Shown here: piece after piece, positions 1 to 11,806 of the stretch | Layout: each line of letters opens with the position of its first letter | How positions within the stretch are numbered: the first letter of the stretch is position 1 | Assembly: GCA_951406725.2 (NCBI GenBank) | Contig: OX597818.1 | Location: forward strand, 36,704,001 to 36,768,000 | DNA length: 64,000 nucleotides | DNA from: Octopus vulgaris | Taxonomy: Eukaryota | Direction: 5' to 3' | Program-made: the position numbers and the translations under genes | Notes under the pieces: generated by a model | Database searches by the model: none | What the model saw: only the letters and a program-made list of their open reading frames with translations | Told to the model about the DNA's origin: nothing

Positions 1-35
<35 letters not shown>

Positions 36-582
36 CTCTCTCTCTCTCTCTCCCTCTCTTCTCATTCTGTATCATTCACATGTTTTCATCAATCTATCTG
101 GATTATCTGGGTAGGTTTATCTCAATCTCTCACTTTCGCTACGTCTTCCTTCCTTTCGTTCTTCCTTCTTTTACTCTTTCTTTCTTCATTTCCGTTCTTT
201 TCATTCCCATTGTTTAAGCGCATCTCTCTCCCGCTCTCACACTCTACCTCCGACCATCCCTTTCCTCTATCTATCTCTCTCTCACTCAATATCCCTTCCT
301 CCTCACTTTCTCTCCCTCCCCCTCTCTACTTCTCTCTCTCTCTCTCTCCCTCCCTCTCTCCTCCCTCTCTACTTCCCCCCTCTCTCTCTCTTCATATCTT
401 GATATCTTGATATCTTAGAAATCTCAGATTCGCCACACAAATCACAATTCAGTTTCTCAACCATATTTTCTTTTTCTCTCTCTTTCCCCCTCTCTCTCTC
501 TCTCTTTCTCCCTCTCTCTCTCTTTCTCTCTGTCTTATTTTCCTCTCACTATTATGTATATATATATATATATATATATAAA

Positions 583-785
583 TGTGACCGCATGTGTACC
601 GTTGGCGATTTTTTTTCTCCGTCTTCCCTTCTTTGGATCTTTCCTTTTCCTATGTTTCTGAAGAAGAGCTCCACTCGAAACGTTAAACCCTTCTTCTTTC
701 CTTCTTTCCTAGGCGTCCAATAATACTATACTTCTTCCACGTCCTCACGTTGTTGTGTTTTCTCTTTGTGTTTTCATGTTTGGAT

Positions 786-790
<5 letters not shown>
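583..790 (+). mobile_element. About 205-bp hammerhead-containing element, family H1, in (TA)n
   Basis: HHR 654-688 gttt-CTGAAGA-a-gag-ctcca-ctc-GAAA-cg-TT-aaac. Close copies at 9476 and 19332. Confidence 0.85.
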
Positions 791-860
<70 letters not shown>

Positions 861-983
861 ATCAGTCTTATCATTAAAGGCATGAAATGAAGATTAACTT
901 TTCGGTTGATAACTGAAGAAGAGTTAGGATCCTTCTGTGCTTGTCCTCCTGTACGTTTTTTAGTATTTAATGCATTTTTCATT

Positions 984-1023
<40 letters not shown>

Positions 1024-1025
<2 letters not shown>

Positions 1026-1947
1026 TAAACAGTAAAAATAATTACAGACATGGACAAGAACATGAAACGCCACAGAGACGACACAAGAACCACAGGACGG
1101 GACATTCGAAGCCCTCAGTCATCAGTCAAGAACCAGATCATCTTAGCAATTTCGGCTGATTAATCTTGAGATTGCTCCGATATGGGCAGCCCGCCAAGGG
1201 AAATCTAAGCCAAGTGCATTAGATCCCCTGGAAGAAAGCTTCGAATGTATACAACACGAGGACGGAAAACGAACGAAGTACACGAACAAAAATACAGAAT
1301 ACGTGACAACAATAAGAATACAAAAACGTAAAAACAATAACGGTAAAATAAAGTATAAAAAATAAACAACAAAACAAAACCAGGACGTAGGACAAGGGTC
1401 TTTCGACAGGACGAATTGAGTATGGGGCTGGCTTATGAAGTTGTGCCTAATGGCCACAGGGAGACGAACAAGTACGTGTTGCTTCAGCGGCTGCTGGAAC
1501 GAAAAGAGCGCTCAACAGCGGCTAGCGGTCACGTGAGAACAAAAGACAAGAGAAAGGGACAGATGAAAAGAGAGAGAAGGTGGACGAGGGAGGAGAAGAA
1601 AGAGACAGATCGAGGGGGCTGGAGGTGAGAGAGATAGAGAAACGTAGAAGGGGGGGGAAGACGGATGGAGAGGGAAAGAAAGGAGGGGGAATAAGGGAGG
1701 AGAGAGAGAGAGAGAAAGAAAGATTAAGAGTCGTATCAATGCTTGAGAAAAAATATACTTATCGTATAAGGACAAATGTGGATACGTAGCCGCCGATTAT
1801 ATAGGTAAACAGTAAAAATAATTACAGACATGGACAAGAACATGAAACGCCACAGAGACGACACAAGAACCACAGGACGGGACATTCAAGCCCTCAGTCA
1901 TCAGTCAAGAACCAGATCATCTTAGCAATTTCGGCTGATTAATCTTT
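1024..1947 (-). mobile_element. Non-autonomous element with about 145-bp terminal direct repeat (about 780-nt unit), retrozyme/PLE-like
   Basis: 1021-1167 is repeated almost exactly at 1801-1946. No coding capacity; flanked by (TA)n; carries hammerhead core strands. Confidence 0.75.
1115..1176 (-). ncRNA. Candidate reverse-order (pseudoknotted) hammerhead ribozyme
   Basis: Minus strand reads agcaaTC-tcaaga-ttaa-tcag-cc-GAAAttgct-13nt-tcttga-CTGATGA-ctga. Perfect 6-bp stem III and 6-bp stem I abut the core; stem II is 4 bp with a CC offset. Confidence 0.6.
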
Positions 1948-1988
1948 TATATATACAGAGAGAGAGTTAGATAGATAGCTAGATAGAT

Positions 1989-2078
<90 letters not shown>

Positions 2079-2481
2079 AAGACAGACAGACAGACAGACA
2101 GATAAATGGACAGACAGACAGACAGACAGACAGATCAGATAGGCAGAAAGAAAACGAAGATCGTGGACTTATCGGGAAAAAATCCAGTACACTTTTCAAT
2201 AGAACCAAGACCTATACCAGTTCTACAGAAAGGTAAACCATTATTGACCTTTAGGAACACTGTGCGCTCAAGACTACCTTATACTTTACACTTTCGACGC
2301 CGTTGGTGACTAAAGAGCTATGATCTTGATAAAAATACGCGACTGCAAACGTTGCGGATCAAGCTCTCCCCATTCATTACACTAGCAGTGCATTTTCGAG
2401 CAGCACGCTTACATTCTTCATGAAGAATACGTGCTGTTTCAAAGGTATCGACCCTCCTTTACCTGTTTCCTCCATCCTGTT

Positions 2482-2553
<72 letters not shown>

Positions 2554-2602
2554 ACTCTACCCCACGGTCTTATTTTCTTCTCTCTTACTGTTTTATATAT
2601 AT

Positions 2603-2633
<31 letters not shown>

Positions 2634-2742
2634 CAGACAGCCAGGCAGATAGGCAGAAAGAAAGAGATCGTGGACGTATTGAGAAAAATTCCTGTGCACT
2701 TTTGAACCAGCATACATGCATACATACATGCATACATACATA

Positions 2743-2785
<43 letters not shown>

Positions 2786-4207
2786 GAACGGGAAAAATTG
2801 AGATGTGTTCATTGGAAAGAAAATTCGAGAAAGATTTAAAAGTAACAACTCTACAAATAACATTTCTTTTTGATAATTATAATTCAATTTAAAAAGGAAA
2901 AACCTCTTTAATAAACCAGATTCGTTAAGACAGATCTCTTGGTTAATGCCATCTAAGAATATTTCATGATATCTAAGAATTTCTCCCCATCATTTTTATG
3001 GCTTAGTGAGAGCAGCCTAAATTGAAACAAAAATGTTATCACAGATAAAAAAAACTTGAAAGAGAAGCCAATTCTTCCTCAAGATAGTACTTAGATAAAA
3101 GTACATAGTGAGCAACGGTACTCTAGTCCTAGATACACTAGGTCTGGAAAAGCAAAGAAAAGAAAAGGTGGGTATTTACAGCTGGAATGTCGTTGCTCAT
3201 AGGTCTACCCGATCAACGCTGAGCTAGGGTCAAAGAACAGCAGCAACATCAATCAATCTGGTTGCTCGAAGTAGTAGAAATAATTGTCAGATATCCCTCA
3301 AATTTCAACTATAAGGACATTCTGGACGATACAGTGATATGAAACAAAGGAAAGCATAGCCGTTACTGGCAAGCATGTAATATGCTTTGGCTAAATGTAT
3401 TGTCTCTATGTTGTCGCGAGCAGATGTAGACACTCTTTCAGCTTTCCCAAACTTGACCACGCGGAACATCGAGCATATCACAGTTGGGAGGAAGTGGATC
3501 TACAGTATTACTGGGGTGGTACCCATAGTCAGTTGAGTAGACTGGAGCAACATGAAACAAAGTGCCTTGGTCAAGAAGACAACGAGCCACCTGGTCTAAG
3601 AAACGAACTTAAACTCTTGCGTAAGTGAGCACAGGACCCTAACTACCTGGGCACATGTCAGCACAGTCCCTGAAATAATTCTCCTAAAACAGACGATAGA
3701 AAAGATAAAAAATAGAACTGTTACCACAGAATGTCTTTGACTACAGGTCCATATTCTCGATGGACCTTGACCTATAGCTTACCAACAACAAAACCTGGTG
3801 CTACAATGTAAACAAATACTGGCTTTCATTGAAGCCTAGTAGTTTGTTTTAAAAGATTGCGCTTCTTAAATATCTTTCGAATGTGTGAAAATAGGAAATT
3901 GTATTTGGATCGTGTGACAATAACTAAACCACAATTTTTTCGTTTTTCTTTATTTTGCTTTGTTTTTGTTATTTTTTGCTCTTTTTATTTGCTTGTTTGT
4001 TTTTCTTTCTGCCGTTTAATGAAGGTGAAATGAAGTGCTTTGCTCAAGAACACAACGCAACGCCCGGTCTGGGAATCGAACCCGCGATCTCGCAATCGTG
4101 AGTGCAACACCTTAACCACTAAGCCATGCGCTTCCACACACACGCACATATATTTATATGTCTGTTTGTGCGTGTATGTATGTATGTGTATATATATACA
4201 TCATGAT

Positions 4208-4404
4208 AGATCGGTAGCCACTACACACATTTTTTCTCTCCTTGTTCCTCTCCTTGTTTCTAACTGTGTCCCTTTCTGTGGAAGAGCGTAGGCTCGAAAC
4301 GTAAAAGACTTTTTCAATTCCCGAGCATTAAACTAATACATCTGTTTGTTTTCTACACCACCTGTCTTCGTCTTTTGTTTTTCTTTTTCGTGAATTATCC
4401 CCTT
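4208..4404 (+). mobile_element. Hammerhead-like element, family H2 (CTGTNGA core)
   Basis: 4272-4307 cttt-CTGTGGA-a-gagc-gtag-gctc-GAAA-cg-TA-aaag. Confidence 0.75.
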
Positions 4405-4442
4405 ATATATATATGTATGTATGATACACACGCACACACGTG

Positions 4443-4474
<32 letters not shown>

Positions 4475-4499
4475 TGTATGTATGTATGTATGTATGTCT

Positions 4500-4690
4500 C
4501 TGTATGCCTTTTTGTTTGTATTTACCCCATCTCCACTGCTTGATAACCGGTGTTGTTCGACAAAAGAGGCCGATAAAATAAGTACCAAACTGAAAAATAA
4601 GTACTTGAGTCGATCTTATCGACTAAACCCAGGAAGGCGGTGCTCCAGCATGGCCACTGAGCAATGGACGAAACAAGCAAAAGAGCAAAA
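4500..4690 (+). mobile_element. SINE family A, diverged 3' half
   Basis: gcttgataaccg...aaggcggtgctccagcatggcc tail. Confidence 0.7.
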
Positions 4691-5149
4691 GATTAGGCTG
4701 CAAAAACTAATATTTTACTTATAAGTACGCAAAAAAGCTCCGATAACGGCGGAACTAGAAACAGCTTGATGGTAATAGAAATAGCAGACTGTGGTGACGA
4801 GATGAACTAGGCCATTCCAACAGAATGCTGGCCACCGTGGTCTTGGAACCACAAAAATAGAAACTTATTTCTACCAGCAACGTCTGGCAGTTATAAAAAT
4901 ACCAATATTCTCGCCATTATTATTTATAAGAACAACGGGAAATCTAGACGAAGAAAGAAAAGATCTGAACAGAACAGAGCAGAACAGAGCGAGAGAGAGA
5001 GAGGGAAAGAAAGAAAGAAAGAGAGTGAGTGAGAGAGAGAGAGAGAGAGAGAGTACGAGAGAGAAAGAGGGAGAAGGAGAGTGACGGGGAAGAAATACAG
5101 AAGACCTATATATGAATATCATTAATGTGTTTAGAGTAAACACCTGCAA

Positions 5150-5182
5150 GACCTTCATCATCATCACCATTAGAAACGAAAA

Positions 5183-5239
<57 letters not shown>

Positions 5240-5259
5240 TATTTCTGTCGTTGTTGTTG

Positions 5260-5351
<92 letters not shown>

Positions 5352-5487
5352 AGATCTCAGTTGTGTTTCTACAATGGAATGTTCTCAGAAGAACGTTTTA
5401 TGTTAAACCAGCAGATATTTCATTTGTCTTCCCAATCTACGTCATTATGTTCTCGCTATATTTTTTCCTTCTTTTGCTTTCGCATTT

Positions 5488-5530
<43 letters not shown>

Positions 5531-5632
5531 CACTACCACTACTACTCCAACTACTACTAATAATAATAATAGCAATAATTCTATTAGTGCTGCTACGACT
5601 ACTACAATTATTATTATTATTATTATTATTAT

Positions 5633-5695
<63 letters not shown>

Positions 5696-5716
5696 CAGCA
5701 GCAATAGTAGTAGTAA
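5150..5716. repeat. Trinucleotide repeat arrays (ATT, GTT, ACT, AGT); similar GGT/GAT arrays at 23910-24420 and 55020-55357
   Basis: Directly visible. Confidence 0.95.
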
Positions 5717-6206
5717 CTGACTGACAGTGTAGCGCGTATCAAAGTGATGCTGGGGTGCAAATATACGAAGTCCAATATATCTCTCATGAGATATATTGGT
5801 GGGTGACATGGTGACCTCATATCAAGATAACCAACGCATGGCCTTGCTAGTGGGGTCCAGTTAGAATTTTCTTTAAGGCGAGTATCCCATCTGCCTTAAA
5901 GGTCCCTGAAAAAGGATCGTTTAGATATGATGAACGAAACACAAATGTTTCAAAAGATGAATTATACAAACCCAAATAATCCCTCTCAATACCCATCTTT
6001 GACGCTCCTCCGCTACTCCTGCACCTGATCAGGGATGCACATATAGTCAGCCACTAATGAACATGCTCAACTAATTAAGGTCAAAATGCGGTAGCAAGCA
6101 GAATATTTACTAGAGCTCATTTTTTACACCAAGATAAATCAGTTCCAATTAGTTAAGAACAGAAGCCATGAGAGTCGCATGCTATTTTTATCATTATTAT
6201 TATTAA

Positions 6207-6600
6207 GGCGGCGAGCTAGCAGAAACGTTTGTACGCCGGGAAAAATGCTTAGCGGTATTTCGTCTGCCGCTAAATTCTGAGTTCAAATTCCGCCGAGGTC
6301 AACTTTGCCTTTCATCCTTTCGGGGTCGATTAAATAAGTACCAGTTACGCACTGGGGTCGATATAATCGGCTTAATCCGTTTGTCTGTCCTCGTTTGTCC
6401 TCTTTGTGTGTAACCCCTTGTGGGTAGTAAAGAAATAGGTGTTTCGCCCGTGGCTACATTCTGAGTTCAAATACCACCCAGGTCAACTTTACCTTTCATC
6501 CTTTCGGGGTCGATAAATTAAGTACCAGTGAAAGACTGAGGTCGATGTAATCGTCTAGTTCCCTTCCCCAAAATTTCAGGCCTTGTGCCTTTAGTAGAAA
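6207..6600 (+). mobile_element. SINE family B, dimeric form
   Basis: Full unit followed by a partial second unit (ttctgagttcaaat...gggtcgataaattaagtaccag) with a different tail. Confidence 0.85.
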
Positions 6601-6812
6601 ATATTATTATTATTATATTTTCGGCCATGAGAAACACCACTTGGTGGTATTTTATGGTTAAATGTTGGTTGTTGGTTATTATTTTATTTTATACACGAGC
6701 ATTGTCTTAAGCCCCACTTGTCCCCAATTATGTTGTATCACCCCTTTGTATTTTCGGTCCTTGTGGTCAATAAAGAAAATATTGTTGTTATTATTATTAT
6801 TATTATTATTAT

Positions 6813-8110
6813 TAAAGTGTTTTACGTAAGATGTGTGCAGTGCCTAGTAGTACAATTTTCTGTATGTAATATATACTTGTATGTCCTGACGTTATTGTTA
6901 TATGTTTGTCTGAATGTTTATCATCCTACCTAATGCACCTTCTATAATAGGAATTGTTTCTGATTTTAGGCCCCGTGTATTAGCATATCTCAGAGTATGG
7001 TTACTTTCACATTTTCTGTGACCTTTTCTGGGGAGTGCCTATACCAGCTTTTTCCTGTTGTTATTCCATAGTGTTGGCATAGCTTCCAGTGTATATAGGT
7101 CCCAACTCTGTTGTGTCTGTGAATATATTCTTGCTTAGCAGGTCTGGGCAGTCATAGAGAATGTGATTTATTGTTTCTTTTCCATCGCTACACATTCTGC
7201 AGTTACTCGTATTTCTTTTCATTACGTGTCTTCGGTGATTTCTGGCAGGAAGGCTTTGGTGTTGTGCTACAATTAAAAGTCCTTCAGTCTCTGCTTTGAG
7301 TCCTGAGCTTCTCAGCCATTGTTGGAATTTTGCTTTGTCTATTTCTTTTCTGTTTAACTTAAGCCAATATTCGCCATGAAAGGGCTTTTCTTGCCATCGT
7401 TTTATCATAATACGTTGCTGTTACAGTTTTAGTTTGAATTTCATTTGTTCTTGAGTTTTTCTTGTTTCTTCTTTTTCTTCATAGTTGTTAGGTACTATGC
7501 CTTCTTCTTTGTATTTGTCAGCTTCCTTAAAGATAGAAACCAGTTTTTTTTGTTTTGTTCGTGTTTTGTGGCTATTTTTATTAGTTTTCCTTGCTTCTGG
7601 GTATGTATTTTTGGAGTCCTATGGTGGTTATTTTCTAATAGTTTTCTAGCTGTATAAGGCCTCTACACCTTTGATATTTTTTTATATATGGCCTTTCTAT
7701 GTCAGATTCTGGGTGATGCATTCTAAATCCTGTCAATATTTTTCTTGTTTTTCCTGCCTATTTTGATTTGTTCATTTAGAGTCCATTTAAGAATATTGTA
7801 GCTGTAATTTATAACTGGGACGACTAGAGTGTTGATATATATTATCTTGTTTTTAGCATTGAGCTCTCTTTTCATTATGAATCTAACTCGTCTCTAGTAT
7901 TCCTTCCTTAACTTCTTTTTCATTTTTGTGCGTTGTATCGTATCTAGTTCATTGATTTCTAAGTTTTTGTAGGTCTGACTTTCGTCTAATTCTCTTATTT
8001 CATTTGCTTTATTTAATGTGATGTTGTTCCTCATAACTAGTTTTCCTCTTTTCACGGTCGCTTTGGCACGTTTTTCTGGGCCAAATTTCATGTTTATTTC
8101 TTTGGTTAAG
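6813..8110 (-). pseudogene. Decayed R4/Dong-like non-LTR retrotransposon, 3' part
   Basis: MKFGPEKRAK..RGK (RT end), WLRSSGLKAETEGLLIVAQHQ, CRMC..ETINHILYDC zinc knuckle and terminal IQKIVLLGTAHILRKTL. Frameshifted, flanked by (TAA)n. Confidence 0.85.
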
Positions 8111-8142
8111 CCATGTATTATTATTATTGTTGTTATTATAAT

Positions 8143-8298
8143 TGACTTTGCACAGCTTCTAACGCTGGAGATGTACCACAGTGTCAGCTGTTCACTACCA
8201 GGGAACTAAGGTAACATCTCTTATTTTTCGAGGACCTTCCAGAGTATTCGAGCGGTTCCAAGTAGTGCTGTTTTCTGCAAGCGTTCCATCCTAATTGC
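8143..8298 (-). mobile_element. Second R4/Dong-like 3' end (different family)
   Basis: LQKTALLGTARILWKVLEK* plus a short 3' UTR ending in (TAA)n. Confidence 0.75.
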
Positions 8299-8512
8299 AT
8301 ATATATATATACAAAATTTAGAGGAATGACCACTAATAGTGGACAGCCTGCATGCTAGATATAGACGTCAAACTCGCCATTTATCGCGAAGAGTGTGTTC
8401 TCTATATCTAGCATAAATTTTGCATGTATAAAATTTTTAATCTTCGGATTTTTTAAAAATATGCTAGGCCACTGGTTTTTAATTGATTAATATCAATTTC
8501 TACCCTTATTTA

Positions 8513-8565
<53 letters not shown>

Positions 8566-8573
<8 letters not shown>

Positions 8574-8735
8574 TCACACAAAAGACAAAAGACGAAACAG
8601 GTGGTGTAGACAGCAAACAGATGTATTAGTTTAACGCACGGGAAGTGAAAAAGTCTTTAACGTTTCGAGCCTACGCTCTTCCACAGAAAGAAACACAGAA
8701 AGAAACAAGGAGAGATAATAAAGTAGTGGTGATCC
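8566..8735 (-). mobile_element. Hammerhead-like element, family H2
   Basis: 8655-8690 (minus) cttt-CTGTGGA-a-gagc-gtag-gctc-GAAA-cg-TT-aaag. 3' end joins (TA)n. Confidence 0.75.
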
Positions 8736-9475
8736 CAAAAGGAAGATGCACGTGCGTGTGTATAGGAGAGCATGTATGTGCGTGTGGAAGAGGGCTGGTG
8801 ACCTTGACGTGTGCTTGTGTGTATGTGTAGATGTGTGATGTGGGACTGGGAAGTGGTCAGTGCTAGTGTGTACGTGGTGGTGTGAGGCGATGTGGTGTTC
8901 TGTGGTATGGTGGTGTATAGTGTGTTGGTGTTGTTAGGATGTAGGGGAGACGAAAGTGGGGAAAGCAAGGGTGTGGTGTGGGTTTAAACAGAGAGAGGGT
9001 GCAGAGAGAGAGAGATAGAGAGAGAGAGTGAGAGTGAGAGAGAGAGTGAGATTGAGAGAGAGTGAGAGAGAGAATGAGAGTGAGAGAGAGAGAGAGTGAG
9101 AGAGAGAGGGAGAGAGAGAGAGATACATCCATCCGCTGTATTTGATCAGTTGACCTGGAAAGCGATTTTGGCGGCACTTCCTGGTTATACACCTACACAA
9201 GTGGCAGCGAGTGAGAAAAAAAGTAGAAGAGGGACAGAATTAAAATAAGAGTAAAATTAAGGGAAAGAAGAAGAAGAAGATACAGAGGAAAGGATAGAAA
9301 GAGTGAGCGGAGGGGAGGAGGGAGGTGGAAGAGGGATGGAGGGGACGGGAACAAGAGACAGGGAGGAGAGAAGAGGGAGGAGGGGGAGAGGAGGGAGAGG
9401 GATGGGGATGGGGGGAAGAAGGAACGAATGAAGTAGGAACAAATCCCTCAGAAATTCAACGAATTTATATGTACT

Positions 9476-9680
9476 GACCGCGTGTGTACCGTTGGCGATT
9501 TTTTTCCTCCGTCTTCCCTTCTTTGGATCTTTCCTTTTTCTATGTTTCTGACGAAGGGCCCCGCTCGAAACGTTAAACCCTCCTTCTTTCCTTCTTTCCT
9601 GAGCGTCCAATAACACTATACTTGTTCCACGTCCTCGCGTTGTTGTGTTTTCTCTTTGTGTTTTTATGTTTGGATTAACT
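9476..9680 (+). mobile_element. Hammerhead-containing element, family H1
   Basis: HHR 9544-9578 gttt-CTGACGA-a-ggg-ccccg-ctc-GAAA-cg-TT-aaac. Ends ggattaact then a TA-rich tract. Confidence 0.85.
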
Positions 9681-9728
<48 letters not shown>

Positions 9729-9975
9729 GTATGTATATATATATATATACAAAATTTTTGAGCGGTAGATTCAAAAATATTTTTCGTAATTTGAACAATG
9801 TAGAATCTAATTTAGCAGAGACGGGAGGGCGCGGTGCATATAATACTTTCTGATCATTTAGATCATGCTAAAGTACTTAGGTCCCAACATAATAGATTTA
9901 TGGAAAAAGGATGGTGCATTGAAGGTCAGTGGTTACGTTTTCTCATACTGTTCCTCCACAAACAAAGACACGTAG

Positions 9976-10025
<50 letters not shown>

Positions 10026-10354
10026 GACAATATAATGTAAATATATACACATTTATTTATATACATACACAAATTATATAGATTGTGTTATGCCTAGAAG
10101 CGATGCACGTTACTTTGTTGGCCCCTTCAGATTTCTTCCCTGTAGTCCATTATCCCTTATGTTTTTTCTATGCACACATACCAACATAACCAATCCCGTT
10201 TTTTCCCCCTCTTTTCTCACATCTTTTCTCTTTTTCCCATCTTCCTCTCTCTATATTTCTCCCTCTTCCGCTCTCTCTACCTACATTCCTTCTCCCTCTC
10301 TATTGATATTCATCCTAACTTAGTAGCCGACTATTATTGCTCTGACCGAATGTA

Positions 10355-10393
<39 letters not shown>

Positions 10394-11565
10394 ACGTACG
10401 TACGTATGTATGTATGTATGTATGTATGTATGTATGTATATATGTATAGAGAATGTCTTGTATAAGGCATGTATTTTCTGTTAAGTATTGCGTAGTAATC
10501 TGAAACGTGCGTATTAACTGATTTCAAAATATTATTATATGTTATGACTTCATTATTTTATATACCGTATTACGTATTTATGATACGTTTACTGCAAGAA
10601 TTGCTAAGAAAAATCAACTGTAGCCAAAATGCACAAGCGTCACTTACTCAATGAAACTTCTTTGCTGCTAATATCTGACCACTAGACAATGAAAAAGTCC
10701 TCAAGGAAACCGTAAACTAGTGACTGAATATTGTATTAGAAATAACAGTATTTGCAGTCAGACCTATTACATAGGTCTGACTGTAAATGATTTTAATCCA
10801 ATATTTATCCAACACACTTATTCGGTGCGACATTAAGAGTACATACAATGCCCTCCAAGAAAATTGAGCTGAAACTCAAAGATATTAATAGTTTGAAGGT
10901 CAGTAGGGTAACTATTGAGACTGTGGCTTCATAAATCAATGGATTCGAATGCCTTTTGATTTTAACTGACAAGTACAATATATTTATGCACTGAATTTGT
11001 TAAACTGAAAGTTGGAATTATTTCTTCTAAGCCACATGACAGAAAGTACACTAAACGAACATTCATTTTATCCACTGTCCTGTAATACTGCACTGTTGTC
11101 ACAGTCAGTCATGGGTTTAGCGCATAAAATACAGCTTTTAATTAATATACCCTCGAAACACACACGTTTTCTTATTGTCACCAACAACATTTCTGAACAC
11201 GCCATCATGTCAACAACACTAAATTTCAATGCTGAGCGTTCTACTGCTAGTTGAAATATGGCGTCTAACTTCAAAAGCCGAACAATACAGATAACACCCG
11301 TCTCAATGGGGGAATTTCTCTTCGAATACGACATTTCCATTCACATGGATTAACTGAAAATTCTACCTGAATTTACTCAAATTATTTTATGTATTTACTC
11401 ATGTGAATGGAGTGAGATGCTACATTCAAGTCATAGCTACGAAGTAATTGAAGACGAATGGAATCGAAGAAACATCCTGCCATTCAAATATATATATATA
11501 TATATACGGTTATTATGTATTTGTTTTGCAAGATTCTTGATGCAAGTTCGTGTGTTGAAACAGAT

Positions 11566-11780
11566 ATTGTTGTGTTTGGGGATGGTCATGTTGCCAATTT
11601 AGCCAATGGAAACACACGCACTATATACTTAGTGTTCCCTTGCTTCACCTTTATTTCATATTAATTGTATTTCGGCCGCAATTGATATGAAATAAACCAG
11701 AAGCAAGTAAACAACAAATATACACTGCGTGTGTTTTCATTGGCTAAATTGGCACCATGACCATCCCCAAACACAACGAT
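11566..11780. repeat. Foldback/MITE-like imperfect palindrome
   Basis: attgttgtgtttggggatggtcatgttgccaatttagccaatggaaacacacgca versus tgcgtgtgttttcattggctaaattggcaccatgaccatccccaaacacaacgat. Confidence 0.85.
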
Positions 11781-11806
11781 GTATATATATATATATATAT
11801 ATATAT

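Noticed and set aside
5112-5720. 202-aa poly-I/V/T/S ORF (and the poly-M/V ORF at 55017-55385)
   Set aside because: Trinucleotide repeat arrays.
10560-11480. Unique sequence upstream of the PLE as a possible missing 5' part
   Set aside because: No PLE-like peptide found in the frames examined.
11729-11806. Apparent N-terminus of the 659-aa ORF
   Set aside because: Derived from a palindrome arm and (TA)n; the PLE is 5'-truncated.
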